In this document: positions 26,969 to 40,035 of the stretch, piece by piece
Numbering within the stretch: the first letter of the stretch is position 1
Layout: each line of letters starts with the position of its first letter
Source of the DNA: Hydrolagus colliei
Taxonomy: Eukaryota
Direction of reading: 5' to 3'
DNA length: 64,000 nucleotides
NCBI GenBank assembly: GCA_035084275.1
Contig: CM068749.1
Location: 19,468,001 to 19,532,000, forward strand
Position numbers and translations under genes: made by a program
Notes under the pieces: model-generated
The model's input: the letters and a program-made list of their open reading frames with translations, nothing else
Databases searched by the model: none
What the model was told of the DNA's origin: nothing

Positions 26969-29383
26969 CTACGTGGGTCAAATAAAACACGAGTCTTGAA
27001 ACTCAACACAAGCATTTCTGCAGTTCAACCAGTTATTTCCTACGTTTTAATTTTTCCTTGAAAAAAAATCTGCTCATTCCTGTAGCATGAGCTAAAGTGG
27101 CAGCTGATTGGTGAATGTGATGTTGTATTCAGGATAATGTTATGTGTAGATAATACTTGTGAACATTCCTTGAAGGTATTTTGGGGACTGACTTTACAGG
27201 TATCACCCATATCAGTTATAGTTCCAGACCCATTGATTTTGTTTCAAAGGTTAAAACATCAGACAACTTTGAAGCAACCTTACCTGTGCAAATGGTGCTT
27301 TGAGTGTTAAGTTTGTGTAACAACTACTGACATCTGAGACCTCAGCGTAAAAGGATCATTTGATCTGAAATGAACCAAGGCCCTAAGTCGCCCAACCTCC
27401 CTCAATGAGGACCTCTCTCATCAGGTCTCATTGCATAGGTATGTCATTGCCTGCCTCTGCAGAGCTGCTGTTCACAGCTTGTGAGGCACTCTAACCCACA
27501 CTAGATGGGGTGCTAGTTGAGGACTTGAATTGAGTGAGGCACAAACACAACAACAACAACAACTTGCATTCCGATACCATCCTTCCATGCGGAGTAGCTT
27601 CACAAAGTGCTTGACAGGGGCTGAGTCTGACCCCGAGCCAGGGGGAGAGGGTGGGGGGGTGGGGGGCGCGTACGCACGATCAAAAGCGAAGGTCTTCCCA
27701 CAAGTGTCAAATACCAGGCTGACCAAGCAAAGAGTTGCAACTATAAATGTAACTATTTCACCTTTCATAATGTGTTAAATATTTAACTTAAAGACTTGGC
27801 TAACAGAGAAAAGGTTCCAATAAACACTGTATTATCGATGTATTTAACCAAACCCCGAACACACAAAGGGAGATAACTGAACTGAAAAATGGTTTTCATG
27901 CTTCAGAAGCCAACCATAAAAGCATCATAAAAGCGCTTTCCAAATGCAATTATTATTGGATTTCTTAACTGTACATTTCATATTTGCTATTGTCAGAATT
28001 AAAATATAGAAAAAGCTGGTAAACAAAGCATAGCAAATAATGAATGCATATTGATTTCTACTCGAAATCAGACATTTGGAATTGAAATTGAGACTGAGCA
28101 GTCACATTATAATGAAACTAAAATGAAACTTGCGGTGAGATACAAAGATAGCCAGAAAGCCAATTTGCACAACCATAGCAATAAAATCTATTGTGTACTA
28201 CTTTGCAGTGAAGGGAAAAAGAATCAGAGCATCATGATAAAATTAAGCTCTGACCCACAGCGTGCATTGAAGCCAATTGTGATACAGGTACCTGCTATTG
28301 CCAACCCAGCTGCAGTTTGCTGATTTAGCACTGACAGAAGACTGAACTTAAGTGAAAGGCTCAGTTCCACACTGGAGTGTGTGTTATTACTGATGGGATA
28401 TCGAGGGACGTTGTCTGTTTGTTAAATTTAGCACTGACTTAACACCATGTGACACATGGTTGTCTCAGAGTCATGGCTTGTTTGATTGGTGTTAATGCTA
28501 GTTTGCATCTTCCAAAATAGATCGAACGCTACGGTAAAGGGTTTGACAATCATCGGTTTGAAAAACCACTACTGATGATGCAGGGAGCTACAGGTAGATA
28601 CTATTAACTTGTGCCACTTGGAGTTTCAAATCACTTTATTAGCATTTTGTACCGGTGTATTAAACAGCAGACCTGCAGAATGTGAGGCAGAAGAAGACCT
28701 ACCATGTGAAACCATCATGGATCAATATAGGTGAGTGGGGAACAAGTCACTGAACAATATGCATATCATGATATGAGTATTGCATAATCCCATAATCACA
28801 TCCTCAAAATGGATACCTGTGCATTGGTTATCTGTGCTTTGAGAGATTTATTTTGTGTCTGTGACTGGAACTAAATCAATTCCAGTTACGTGGAGCAAAT
28901 ACATGTAATTTTGCAACTGACACCAGCCAGAACGTGAATATATTAATGGATCCTTGGAGAAAAGAGTAGCAAATCACAGAGTTTACATTTCAGAAACAGC
29001 GATGCAACCACACAGGAGGGTGAACAGACAGAGTGCTGTAGGGATCCTATCGGCTAATGAACTGGGTTTGAAAGACTGACTTGTACATAAGGGAGATAGA
29101 AATAGGTTTTACTTCAAAACTATTAACAGGAGCATACACGGTTATGACTCACTGCTCAAAAAAGGAAGACACATTTCAATGCATGAGGTGGGTTTTTTTC
29201 CAACGTCAGTTAACAATACAACAACAAAAAACAAAATTACATTTGTATAGCGCCTTTCACGTTGGGAGGATGTGCTAAGGTGCTGAAGTAGATGATATGC
29301 AAAGCAATTAAATATATTACATACAAGTAAGTAATTATTTACGTACTATGTGAACAAGTTACGGTGCTGAACTATAACACCAT

Positions 29384-29660
29384 TGTAGCTCAGTGGTTCG
29401 AGCCTCACAAGCGAGAGACCTAGGTTTGATTCCCGGCAGGGTGAAACATTGGGCAAGTTTCCTTACTCCACACGCCTAATAATAAATCCCTCAACAACAC
29501 AATAATTGGTCACTCAATCCATGACTGTTTGTGGGACACCGCTGTGCGCAATTGGCTGCTGCATTTCGCCCACAAAAATATAGTCGATTCACTTTACAGT
29601 ATATTCCGTGAAGCGCTTTGAGATGTCTAGATTACATGAAAGGATTATTATTCTTATTAT
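29384..29660 (+). mobile_element. Near full-length tRNA/Deu SINE
   Basis: tgtagctcagtggtt head, B-box-like ggtttgattccc, core and shortened tail. Confidence 0.9.
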
Positions 29661-29977
29661 GTATCTGTGGTACACACAGCTTGACACAATAAACGGCAAC
29701 ATGCAAGGAAAAAAGTGCTCTGTCTGCCAGGCTTATCCAGTAAAAGGTACTCCGCAGGGTTCCACCTTGAAATGAGGAGGAGCCTTCTCTAGTCACAGGT
29801 GAACCAGATGCTGGCTCCGTACCCCCGTAGAGAGGCATTTAAAAGCCACTAAGGAGCTGTGAATGGCTACATCCCAAAGCAACATGAGAAGAGTTGTTGG
29901 GTAGGCACCAATGTCGTGTGCAAATTGAGCAGAAAGCCCATCTGCTACACCACCTGTGCCCAGTGCTTGCTTACTTC

Positions 29978-30004
29978 TGTGTGTGTGTGTGTGTGTCTGT
30001 CTGT
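29978..30004. repeat. (TG)n microsatellite
   Basis: Directly visible in the sequence. Confidence 0.9.
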
Positions 30005-30409
30005 CCGTCTGGCTAGGCGGCGGGGAGAGGTGCAACAACACTGGCAACTGTCTCTTGTGGCTGATTCATCCTCCCACCGTGAACATTCGCGGTATACAGC
30101 GGGGAGTCTGGTAGCAGGTGAGGGGGGAGTCATTCCCGCTGCTCTGCTCCTGACTGCGGACTACCACACCGGGCAGACCAGGTCAGTGGCAACTTTCCAC
30201 CTGATGAAATGGAGCTGCGCGAACCCGACGTGGAGCAGACGACCACTTATCGGTGAAGGAAAATTGACTGTCAAACCGATATGTCACGAGAAACAGCTGC
30301 AGACACCGTTTTAGGGGAGGTTTATCTGAAAGCAAAGAGCGCCCACCCATTGACGATTGCATCAAAGGCTTCGGCCACTGAGTGCTAAAACTTTAAAGTA
30401 CTTTATTGG

Positions 30410-30540
30410 TACGCTGCTTAGATTTCGCCCACAAATATACACGGTCAATTCACTTTACAGTATATTCTGTGAAGCGCTTTGAGACGTTTAGAAGAAGTAA
30501 AAAGCGCTATATCAAATGCAAGGATTATTATTATTACGAT
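30410..30540 (+). mobile_element. SINE 3' fragment
   Basis: Runs from tttcgcccacaaatatac to aagcgctatatcaaatgcaaggattattatt. Confidence 0.85.
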
Positions 30541-31054
30541 TTTTATTACAATTCTTGCAGAGTGCTCTCTCCGAATTACGTTTTACTCTCGTGGAAGATG
30601 GGATGAAAGAAAAAATGCAATTTAAACCTACCAGAAATCTTGGGCTCCAGAGTAAAGGATTTGACCTCTGAAATGATTCTGAAGATCTTGGCAATCTTGT
30701 CCTGCAGCCAAGCTAGAGTTTTCTTTGTGTCTGTGCGCCTCAGCGATGCTCCTTTGACCTTTCGGTCAGGAAAATCCATTTGTTTGCTCGTCGGTCTTTT
30801 CCGGCAGTTAATGCTTTTTGACAATCCCTTCCAGTTTGATAAAGTTTAGAACTTTATTTGCTTTTTACCTATCGTGATGCCGTGCTCGTGGAAAATGTGG
30901 CTGACGCTTTGAATAAAGGGCATCTTTTAAATCTGCAAAACTGCCTTTGTTCCTTTCTGTGTCCAAATTTTGTACCTTTACCCCTGGAGCATGTGATATC
31001 TCGCTCCATTATTGGTGTGATTATAGCATATCATAATATTGAAAATAACCCTTC

Positions 31055-31150
31055 CATTTGATATAGCGCTGTTCACATAGTCTAGACATCGCAAAGCGCT
31101 TCGCAGAATATACTGGAAAAGTGAGTTGACTGTATATTTGTGGGCGACAT
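31055..31150 (-). mobile_element. SINE 3' fragment
   Basis: Reverse complement of the family tail. Confidence 0.8.
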
Positions 31151-33434
31151 TTATGTGTGATATAAACAAAGCGGCTTGCTCAGACAGCAGGCCTTAATGG
31201 TAACTAGTTTGGGATTAAGAATCGTAACTTACCACTGGCAGTAAGCTATTGCTTATTGGACAATATCTCATTCCTACATGGTTGGTTAGCAACAAAATTT
31301 ACCACCAAATATACCAGAGGCAAGGGTTTTCTTCACCAAATAGAAAAATCCCATCTGTTACATAATTAACATTGCAAGTTCTGCTTTCTACTCCAGTGAG
31401 CACATTCTTCGCTCCAATTCTACTCCGCTTTTGTTACTCTGATTTTGAACACTGAGGGAAAGGAAAGAGATCCAAAATTCTATCTCCTTTGTCTTACCCC
31501 CTCCGCTCAATCTGCAGGTGGAACATTGAACCATCCAAGCAATTCCTGATTTCATTTAGAGCTTGTGCTGCCGTTCCTCAATCCAGACCACTTGAGTATA
31601 ACTTCTAGGGATCTAAATGATTGTGCCCCATATAGGAATTTGACAATGTAGTGGTTTGAACAAAAGCTGATTGTACTGTACAATATGATAGTACGTTTAC
31701 ATAAATGGGAAAGGGAATGAAAATGGTAAAGTTCACTGTAGTAACCACATAATGCTTCAATATCACAGACTCTATTCCCTTTACTCCATATACATATAGA
31801 TTCTTTCTGAATACACTGGAAAATTGTAGCCCAAATTTTGTGCAGCGCACACCAAGATACAAGTCTGTCACCATGAATTATGAGGAATGCCGTTGACAGT
31901 TATGGATCAGCCAGCCAAAATCAAGTTCCCAAGAGATATTAGACTGTGTAATGAAAGTACTGTCTAAAGCAATCCTTTTATGTCCAATGGATCAAAAATG
32001 AACACCTAACAGCCAGATATAAAATGGCCCAAATTTAGCAACTTTCATCAAACTGTGAAACCAAATACTTTGTAACTAATCTCAGGCTTAAATGAAATGC
32101 AATCTTTTCATAAGATAGACCAAAGTCACAAATCAAGCCCAAAGTTATTACTTGCACTTGTTCTCTAAACACTACCATTTTGCTATTGGATTTATCATGG
32201 CTATGACACCTATTATAAGCCTAATCTTCTTCCTTTATGTAAGCCTATATTTCTAATGCTGAATCTGACATTTATCATGCTGCAGACTAGCTGTACAATA
32301 GGCAGCTACAACCATCACTACTTTACCAGTATTAGTTGACAGACGCTCAGTGTCAAAAGCACCACAACTGCAGTAACAGACGGCTTACCAGTGTCATCAA
32401 TACTCTCGCTGATTTTGGTGAAGTACTCCATCATGTATTATGTCAGTATGACCTGCAAAAGTTGTCCCCTCTCCTTATTCTCCAATGTTGCGAGTGCAAT
32501 TTGTGCAATTACGAGTGCAATCACTAATACGCTGGAAGAATATACAGCACTGTAGTTTGCTATGAATTACTCTGTACCTCAAAATGCAAACAGTAACCTT
32601 CTGTGGCTTCCTGAACTGTATCACAGCTTCATTTATATAAACATCGATTTCTCGGCAGCTTCAATTCTCCAGCAGCTTTAGAAAATGTTTAACGTTGCCA
32701 CAATTTTTCATTCTTCCAGCATTACAAGATTTGCTGTGCAAAACACAGATAATAAGTTTTGCAAGATGGTGAATTAGTTTGATGAATCCACCCCATGACC
32801 ATCAGGCCGCTGAGTAATTTGGAAAGTAACAGTAAATACCAACTGATGCAGTAAAATATATTGAGATTAGATGTTCAGCAGCTGGTGAATGCAATATTTT
32901 AACTAACAGGTGGAGCGAGCTTTCCCGCAATGGATAATGTTTCTCAACGAAAATATTTTCAGGGAAGCATTTTCCAGCACTATTATTATAACCTTCCACT
33001 TTATGTGCGTCATACCTCAGGAAATGAGAGATGCAATAATTGCAGCGTTTACCAAATGGACTAATTAGCGGGAATAATGCGTGTTTGGGAGACCATCAGC
33101 AAAGTATTTACAATGTGATTATTCACTACAGGTTATAGAGTATGGATTTTAATTCCATCTCAAAAAATTCTGTGGCAAAGTAACTCATGCACGCATTATG
33201 TATTTCAGAAACGCGTTTCTTTTGACTCTGTCTCGGGATACGAGCAATGGCATCAGTCCTTGTGGTGATGATTCTCTCACAGTGGTGTATTATATGGAAT
33301 ACATTAAACAATATAAAATATATACACAATAATACAAAGGCTTTGAACTGTTCATCACCAACTTCATGAAAAGGCATTAGTCTTGTAGTTTGTGTATCTT
33401 AAGAAAATACTTATTATTTTGGTTTGAACCTAAC

Positions 33435-33755
33435 CCAGCAGGGAGAATCTTTGGGCAAGTTTCCTTACTCCACAGGCCTAATAATAATCCCTCAAGAAAA
33501 AAAAAACCAAGAATAATTTGGGCACTCAATCCACAGATGTTGGTGGGACACCGCTGTGTGCAATTGGCTGCCCACGTTTTGCCCACAAATATACCATCAA
33601 TTTGTTTTACAGTATATTCTGTGAAGTTCTATGAGACATCTAGAAGATGTGAAAAGCACTATATCAAATGCAAGGATTACATCATCAACAACACCACAAC
33701 AACAAAATTACATTTATGGAGCGCCTTTCACATCGGGAGGACGTCCCAAGGCAGT
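33435..33755. mobile_element. Plus-strand SINE joined tail-to-tail to a minus-strand L2-like tail
   Basis: SINE body, core and tail run to ~33682. An (AAC)-rich linker follows, then aattacatttatggagcgcctttcacatcgggaggacgtcccaagg. Confidence 0.88.
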
Positions 33756-34121
33756 CAGGACAGAATGCATACAAGAATGGACAAATCCCAAATTCGGTCC
33801 TTAAGTCTGCTCCATAAAAGTGACTCTATTACCTGTTCTTATGTCATATTTTTTAATCTACAAAACACAATGTAGATTCACTCAAATCTTCAATGCAAAC
33901 TGTACAATTCAACTTCTTTCCAATCACCTCTTTCATACTCACTCTCTATCTCTCTCTCTCTCTTCAAAAACCTAAAATCACTTTTCCCAGAATACTTTCG
34001 TACTTGCCCCATACTTAATTGCCACTTACGCTGTTAAAGCAACATCTTACAAATGCACAAAGCAAAATAGCTTTAAAAAAATGACCAAACACTGATGTAG
34101 TTAACTTTAAGATCGCTTTCA

Positions 34122-34289
<168 letters not shown>

Positions 34290-35384
34290 CTATAAATAGA
34301 CAATAAAAATAGAAGATTTGCAACAGCAATGTACAAAAAGGTAGCGTTAATTCTATATAACCACTTGCATCCTTAGTTCCGAAATATAACAAGGCAAAGG
34401 ATTTCTGAACGTCAAAAGTTAAACAAAGAAGAAATTGCGCTGAAGGTCAAGGAGAACGTAGAAGTGAAAGCTTAATTAACATTTCTTTCAAAGGGAATGA
34501 TTGGACTGAAAAAAAAATCCAGATTAGAATTCAGGAGGTCAAGTGGTAGCAAGCCAAAAGGAAAAGCACATGAACAAAGTGAGCATCTTTAAAATCATTG
34601 ACTGCATTCACTGGGTGAAGATGTGTTAAAATGATCATAAAACAAGGCACAATAAATACAAAGTGATCTGATGCATTTCACCACTTACTAAGTCTCGGGA
34701 ACTATTGAGAGATCCCACTGTAAGTAAGAACAAACTACCTGTACTTTGTTGTTGCCTCTGTTAACTGGTGTGGTGGGGACTGAGGCAGCAGAAGGCTTGG
34801 AGGTTAAATCCAATACAACGTGCCTTGCAACAAAATATCTGGGACATGAGGTCGGATGTTACCCTTTGTGACAATACGTTTGCGAGATATTTATTGCTAA
34901 ATCCCCCACAGAGGATGATCCAGGCAATGAAGTGACAATTTTATTGTGTGACAATAAAGTATTTGTCTGAACATAATGACCCTGGGCAGTGCCTCGATGT
35001 TTGTTACCCTGAAAAGAGCATTTCACGATACAACAGGTGATGCGACCATTCTCGGCAAGTTTACCTCAGATGTCTCAACGCTGATTGCCATGGACCGGTA
35101 GCATCTATAGCCTCTGTACCCTAAAGCACTCTCTTCACTCGTGATATTTACCAGCTATGTCTGAGAAATGACTTTCATAACATATCCTACAGAAAGATTT
35201 AAACGACTTAGAAAAGGTTACAGGTAGGATCTCAGATTGTTCTACCAGTTCACCGCACAACCTGGAACTTTAAATCCCAATAGTTTCAAGCCTTTAAATT
35301 ATGAAGACTGATTAGCTTCAGGCTTCAAAGCCTTCAATTCTAAAGCCTGTTCTCTCTTGCACAAAGGTGTGCCTGCGCTCTACT

Positions 35385-35500
35385 GCCCTCCCCTCTAATA
35401 CTTCCCAAACTCCATTGTCTCCCAAAGGAAAGATTTCAAGACTCTGGTCTTCAAATCCCCCCATCGTCTCTCCCCACCTTCCCTTTGCAACCTTCTCAAT
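35385..35500 (+). mobile_element. Degenerate L2 LINE ORF2 fragment
   Basis: Frameshifted translation LHCLP...FKTLVFKSPHRLSPPSLCNLL resembles the L2 ORF2 motif LHWLP..RI.FK....FK.LHGL.P.YL..LL. Confidence 0.6.
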
Positions 35501-36654
35501 ATTTCAATAGCTTGGGAGTCCTGAGTCTGTGTTTGTTTGTGTGTGTGTTTGGGTTTGATGGTTGGAGGGAAAACAGTGCCTGCTAAACTCTTCACATTAA
35601 CCTTTAAGGGAGGCTGTTGCTTTCTTTGGATTTCCCAATGTATTGGGAACATGGCCCATCTACCAACAACACACAGAACATTTGAAGAATGGGGATGAAA
35701 CAGTACTTAATAAATCAATACAGGACAAAGAGTAATGTGAAGTTACTCTCATCATGTGGTTCAAATGTTAAGTTTTTCTCAAATTCTTGCAGACTAATGT
35801 CCATAAACTACAGACAAAATAAAGTATCGGACGGACCATTACTCTATTGTTCAGTTTATAAGTGAGAGAAAGAATAAGACAACAAAGGAATTAACTTAGC
35901 ATTTGTAACCACTGCTTTAGCGGCTTGTAGTTTTCAGGTGATCGTTAATCACGCGCCTTTCAGGCTTTAAAAGATTACACAAGGGCACCAGCTATGACAT
36001 GAAAGATTTCCCACAATGAACAGTGAGTGAGTGCAGCTCTTCCAGATGAAAATTTTTAAACCCTTATTACTTGCCACATTGATCTGCCGCGACATGGGAG
36101 TGCAAGTCCAGCCCCAGAAAGAGCCTGCGCTCCACTAATCATTCTGTGGCATATGCACAGCGATCCTTCATTTGACCTCCGCTGCAGCATATAGAAGGTT
36201 GTATTAAACTGACCATGAGTCTTTTTCATTTTAATGTCACCGAATGACCGTTTAAGACGTGAGATCTCTTCTGCATCAGAAGCAGTTTGTTTTTGCGTTA
36301 TACTTTGCAAGAAAGAATCTGGCCTCACTTTGTATGCTACAGATCTGGCCAGTGTGCTGCTAATGTCTCAAGGTGACAAGGATCTGAAATTGCATTCGCA
36401 CGTAATAAAATCTTGATCACCTCATGTCAACTTCCAGATCCTGGCCATTTCTCCCAGCTCATCCCCGAGAAATGAAACTGGAGACAGCCAGGGAGCTTAA
36501 TGACCTATTAGCAGGTAATTTTTGATGGTATTATAAATTAAACCTGCCAGACGTTGGGTAAGATATTTAAGTTTGGTTTATACCAACCTGTATCTATCCT
36601 TCAACAACTGAACTCAACTGGTTAAGCATGCACAACATTGTTTGATCAAAATCA

Positions 36655-36909
<255 letters not shown>

Positions 36910-39844
36910 TCAATAAACAGACAGGGAACATTCTCACCAAAATTCTATCAAGTACCACAGAATTCAGTTGAAAATAAGTTGTTCCCATGGCTCAGAAGTT
37001 AACAAGGGAATAAAAATATGATTGCTTCATTAAAATATTTTCTGTTTGTCTAGCTAAGTTACTGAAATGCCATTCAGCAAAAAAACAATATCCCTAAAGT
37101 TATTTAAATAGAGTTCATCCATTCATACTAGATGGAGAAAAATATATGCCAATATACAGTACCGTACTTTGTAATGAGTTGCTGTTGTGGAAACAGTGAA
37201 GATTAAATAACCTACTTTACCTCAGTATGATCTAAACATATTAAATCTCAATTGGACTATATAACATTTCACATTTTTATTTACAATTTTTATTTTCAAT
37301 TTTACAAAAAGGTAAAGCTGTAATCACTTTTTGGGGGTTAGGCTTATATTTGAATCTTGTTTAGCTTTTTTAAAAAAAAACAAAGTCAGGTTTATTAAGG
37401 TTTTTATATTTGACGCCAGAGTCGTTTATAAGAGTGAATGTAATAAAAGAAATAGCCGAAAAGACCCATGGAAAATTTGTGAAAGAAATGGAGGGAACTT
37501 GCTGTGAACCACAGGAGGCAAATAGCATACATGTGCACATTACTACCTCAGAGCCTCTGTGCACCAAATCCATTACCTTGAAGCAGACTGAAGGTTGGAT
37601 CCAATCTGAAACAAAAGCGGTCTGAAGTCATTCAGCCTAAGATGCTCCATTTGTTTTTGTTTCCAAAAGAATTATTGCATGTTGAACAATTCTATAATGG
37701 GGCATATCAACTCTCATTTTGAGGAAGGAGCAATATCCTAACTCCAGGTGTTACGTTTTGTGGGTAGATTTATCCAATTTATCACCACCTTATCTTTATA
37801 CCAGTGGGAAGATAAAGCATTCATTCCAAGCTGACTGTACTGTAATTATTTAAATCTAACAATTCAACAAGAACAGAGGATGGACTGCCCTATCATACAT
37901 TAATTTATCATACGTTGGTTGTGATAAACCATCAATACAAATGGAGATCACGACTACACAACAACAACAAAATTACATTTGTAAAGCACCTCTCACTTTG
38001 GGAGGACATCCCAAGGCACTGGACAATCAGCTGGGGGTACAGAATCGGGGTAGAGAACAGGTGGGAAAGGAGGGTGACTGAAGGTATGTTCGAAGCGGAG
38101 TGGAGAAAGCGGGCAGGTAATGCAAAGACCACGCTTTAGAGAGGCTGACCAGCGCCTTGGGATGGCCTCCTGATGTGAAAGGCACGTGAAAGGCACTCTA
38201 CAAACATAATTTTATTGTTGTGGTTGATTGGTTGTGACTCCTATGTATTTAGGGAATTTATTCACCAACTGGGTTGATTGAGGTGTAGGAGAACAACAAG
38301 AAAATGCCTGATCTTAAAAAAAGTCAGAGAGACACAAAAACTCTTAAATGCTTTACTTAAACCTCAGCTATGTGTGGTCAATAAAAAAATAACATGACAG
38401 ACCATCCTTTTCCTCAAGTATGGCTGGCATCCAGACCTTCAGTGCTAGAGTAATGGCTCTGTAATTATCTCATTGACAGCCACAGGAGCTGGGCTATTGT
38501 CTGATATAACAACCTTGTTAGCACTATTTCTCTGGCATTCTTATAAAGGTAATTGGGTTAATAAATGTCTATTAGCAGCACTGATAGAGGTGATTGCTAT
38601 ATATTTCCAAAAGTCCCCATTGAAATATATTTTTTGCCATCTTGAAAGCTAGTATTTCTTAGCGACATAACATTCATTTCTTCATTACATAGCATAGAAC
38701 ATATAAACAACCTCAATGTGTGATTTAATAATTCATATTCGATGCACATTTTCTTTTATATTTCCTATCTAGAAAGCTGTTCTCCCACGTTCTCACCATC
38801 TTCACTGTGCTGGTCAATCCTCAGTACACCGCTGACTATGGTTGAACCTTTGTTTATAAGGTGTCCCATTATAAAACTGGTTTGCCTATAAGATTGGGTG
38901 ACCATATTTTGTAAACCAAATCTAGGTTGCACAGATCGACCACCATGATTGTCCTTTAAAAACAATGTTTTATTGAGCCCAATTATCTGGTTTAAACTAA
39001 CTGGAGCAAACATGGGTGGGAAAAAAAAACCTTTGAGAAATCTTCAGGGAGTATAGAGTATTTTTTGGCAATGATTTGAACAATAAGCAGCATTCCCCCC
39101 ATGTTCATTTGTGCCATCTGCCCAAACAGCATCAACCTAAGGTGAGAAAGAAACAATTGTGTTCTGCTAAAATGGTCATTTCTTGAAACCTTTATCCAAC
39201 TATTCAAAAACTGTAATGGTCCAACTGATCAGAGCTTCAGAAGTTGAGACATATAACATGAAACGGTACATGATAGGACTGATGGCTCAGAATAAAACAG
39301 CAATGCCTGTGTTATTTGAACTGGCACACCTTATGAATACTAAGCTTGCAAGCTGGACTGCTTTTGAATTTCATGCAGTTTTTGGTGAAGGATTCTTTTT
39401 AATGAGCAATTGCAATATTTTTTTTTGCAAACCCTTCGTTTGGGTTTTCGTAGCTGCCAACTTCGATATGCATATGTGCCTGTTAATCTGCCAACAGAAT
39501 TTGTGAATGTGTTCTTATTTTACAGTCAATTAATCCAATCATCCAAAATCCACCTTAAATCCTTTTGAGATCATAATTGGGGACAAATTTTGAAAATGGG
39601 ATAAAGGCAATTAATCTGGAATTTTCAATCAGGTGAAAATAAGCAGAGCTAGAAAGATAAGTGATTACTTGAATTTTGCAATCAATAGGGTTAAACTGCA
39701 ATGCCCTTTAACTTGTACACTGCACATAGACTTAAAGGGGAATCCTCTTCACAAATAAGCGTTTGGCGAACTCAATTTACATATGGAATGCAGTGATCGA
39801 AATCATACTGTAGTGCACCACTGCGTCAGTTCTGCATGATATCA

Positions 39845-40035
39845 CAATAATAATAATCCTTGCGTTTGATATAGCGGCTTTTCACATCTTATCGACGTCC
39901 CAAAGCGCTTCATGGAATATACTGTAAAGTGAATTGACTGTATATTTGTGGGCGAATCGAGGCAGCCAATTGCGCACAGCAGTGTCCCACAAACAGTCGT
40001 GGATTGAAATGACTAATTTTATTATTGTGTTTTTT
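39845..40035 (-). mobile_element. SINE 3' half
   Basis: Reverse complement of the core and tail, close to the family consensus. Confidence 0.9.

Noticed and set aside
30198-30235. ctgatga...gcgaac hammerhead-like words
   Set aside because: There is no stem II pairing and no GAAA box.
30576-30849. Overlapping ORFs on both strands, as a possible alternative DPYD exon
   Set aside because: No good splice sites and no similarity to DPYD or any protein I recognise.
33390-33875. 161-aa ORF and similar ORFs ending in KRYIKCKDY (e.g. 22466, 30406, 52771)
   Set aside because: These are chance translations of SINE copies. The shared peptide only reflects the repeat.
37410-37625. Plus-strand ORF preceded by a possible acceptor
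   Set aside because: No recognisable homology, a weak donor and no partner exons.
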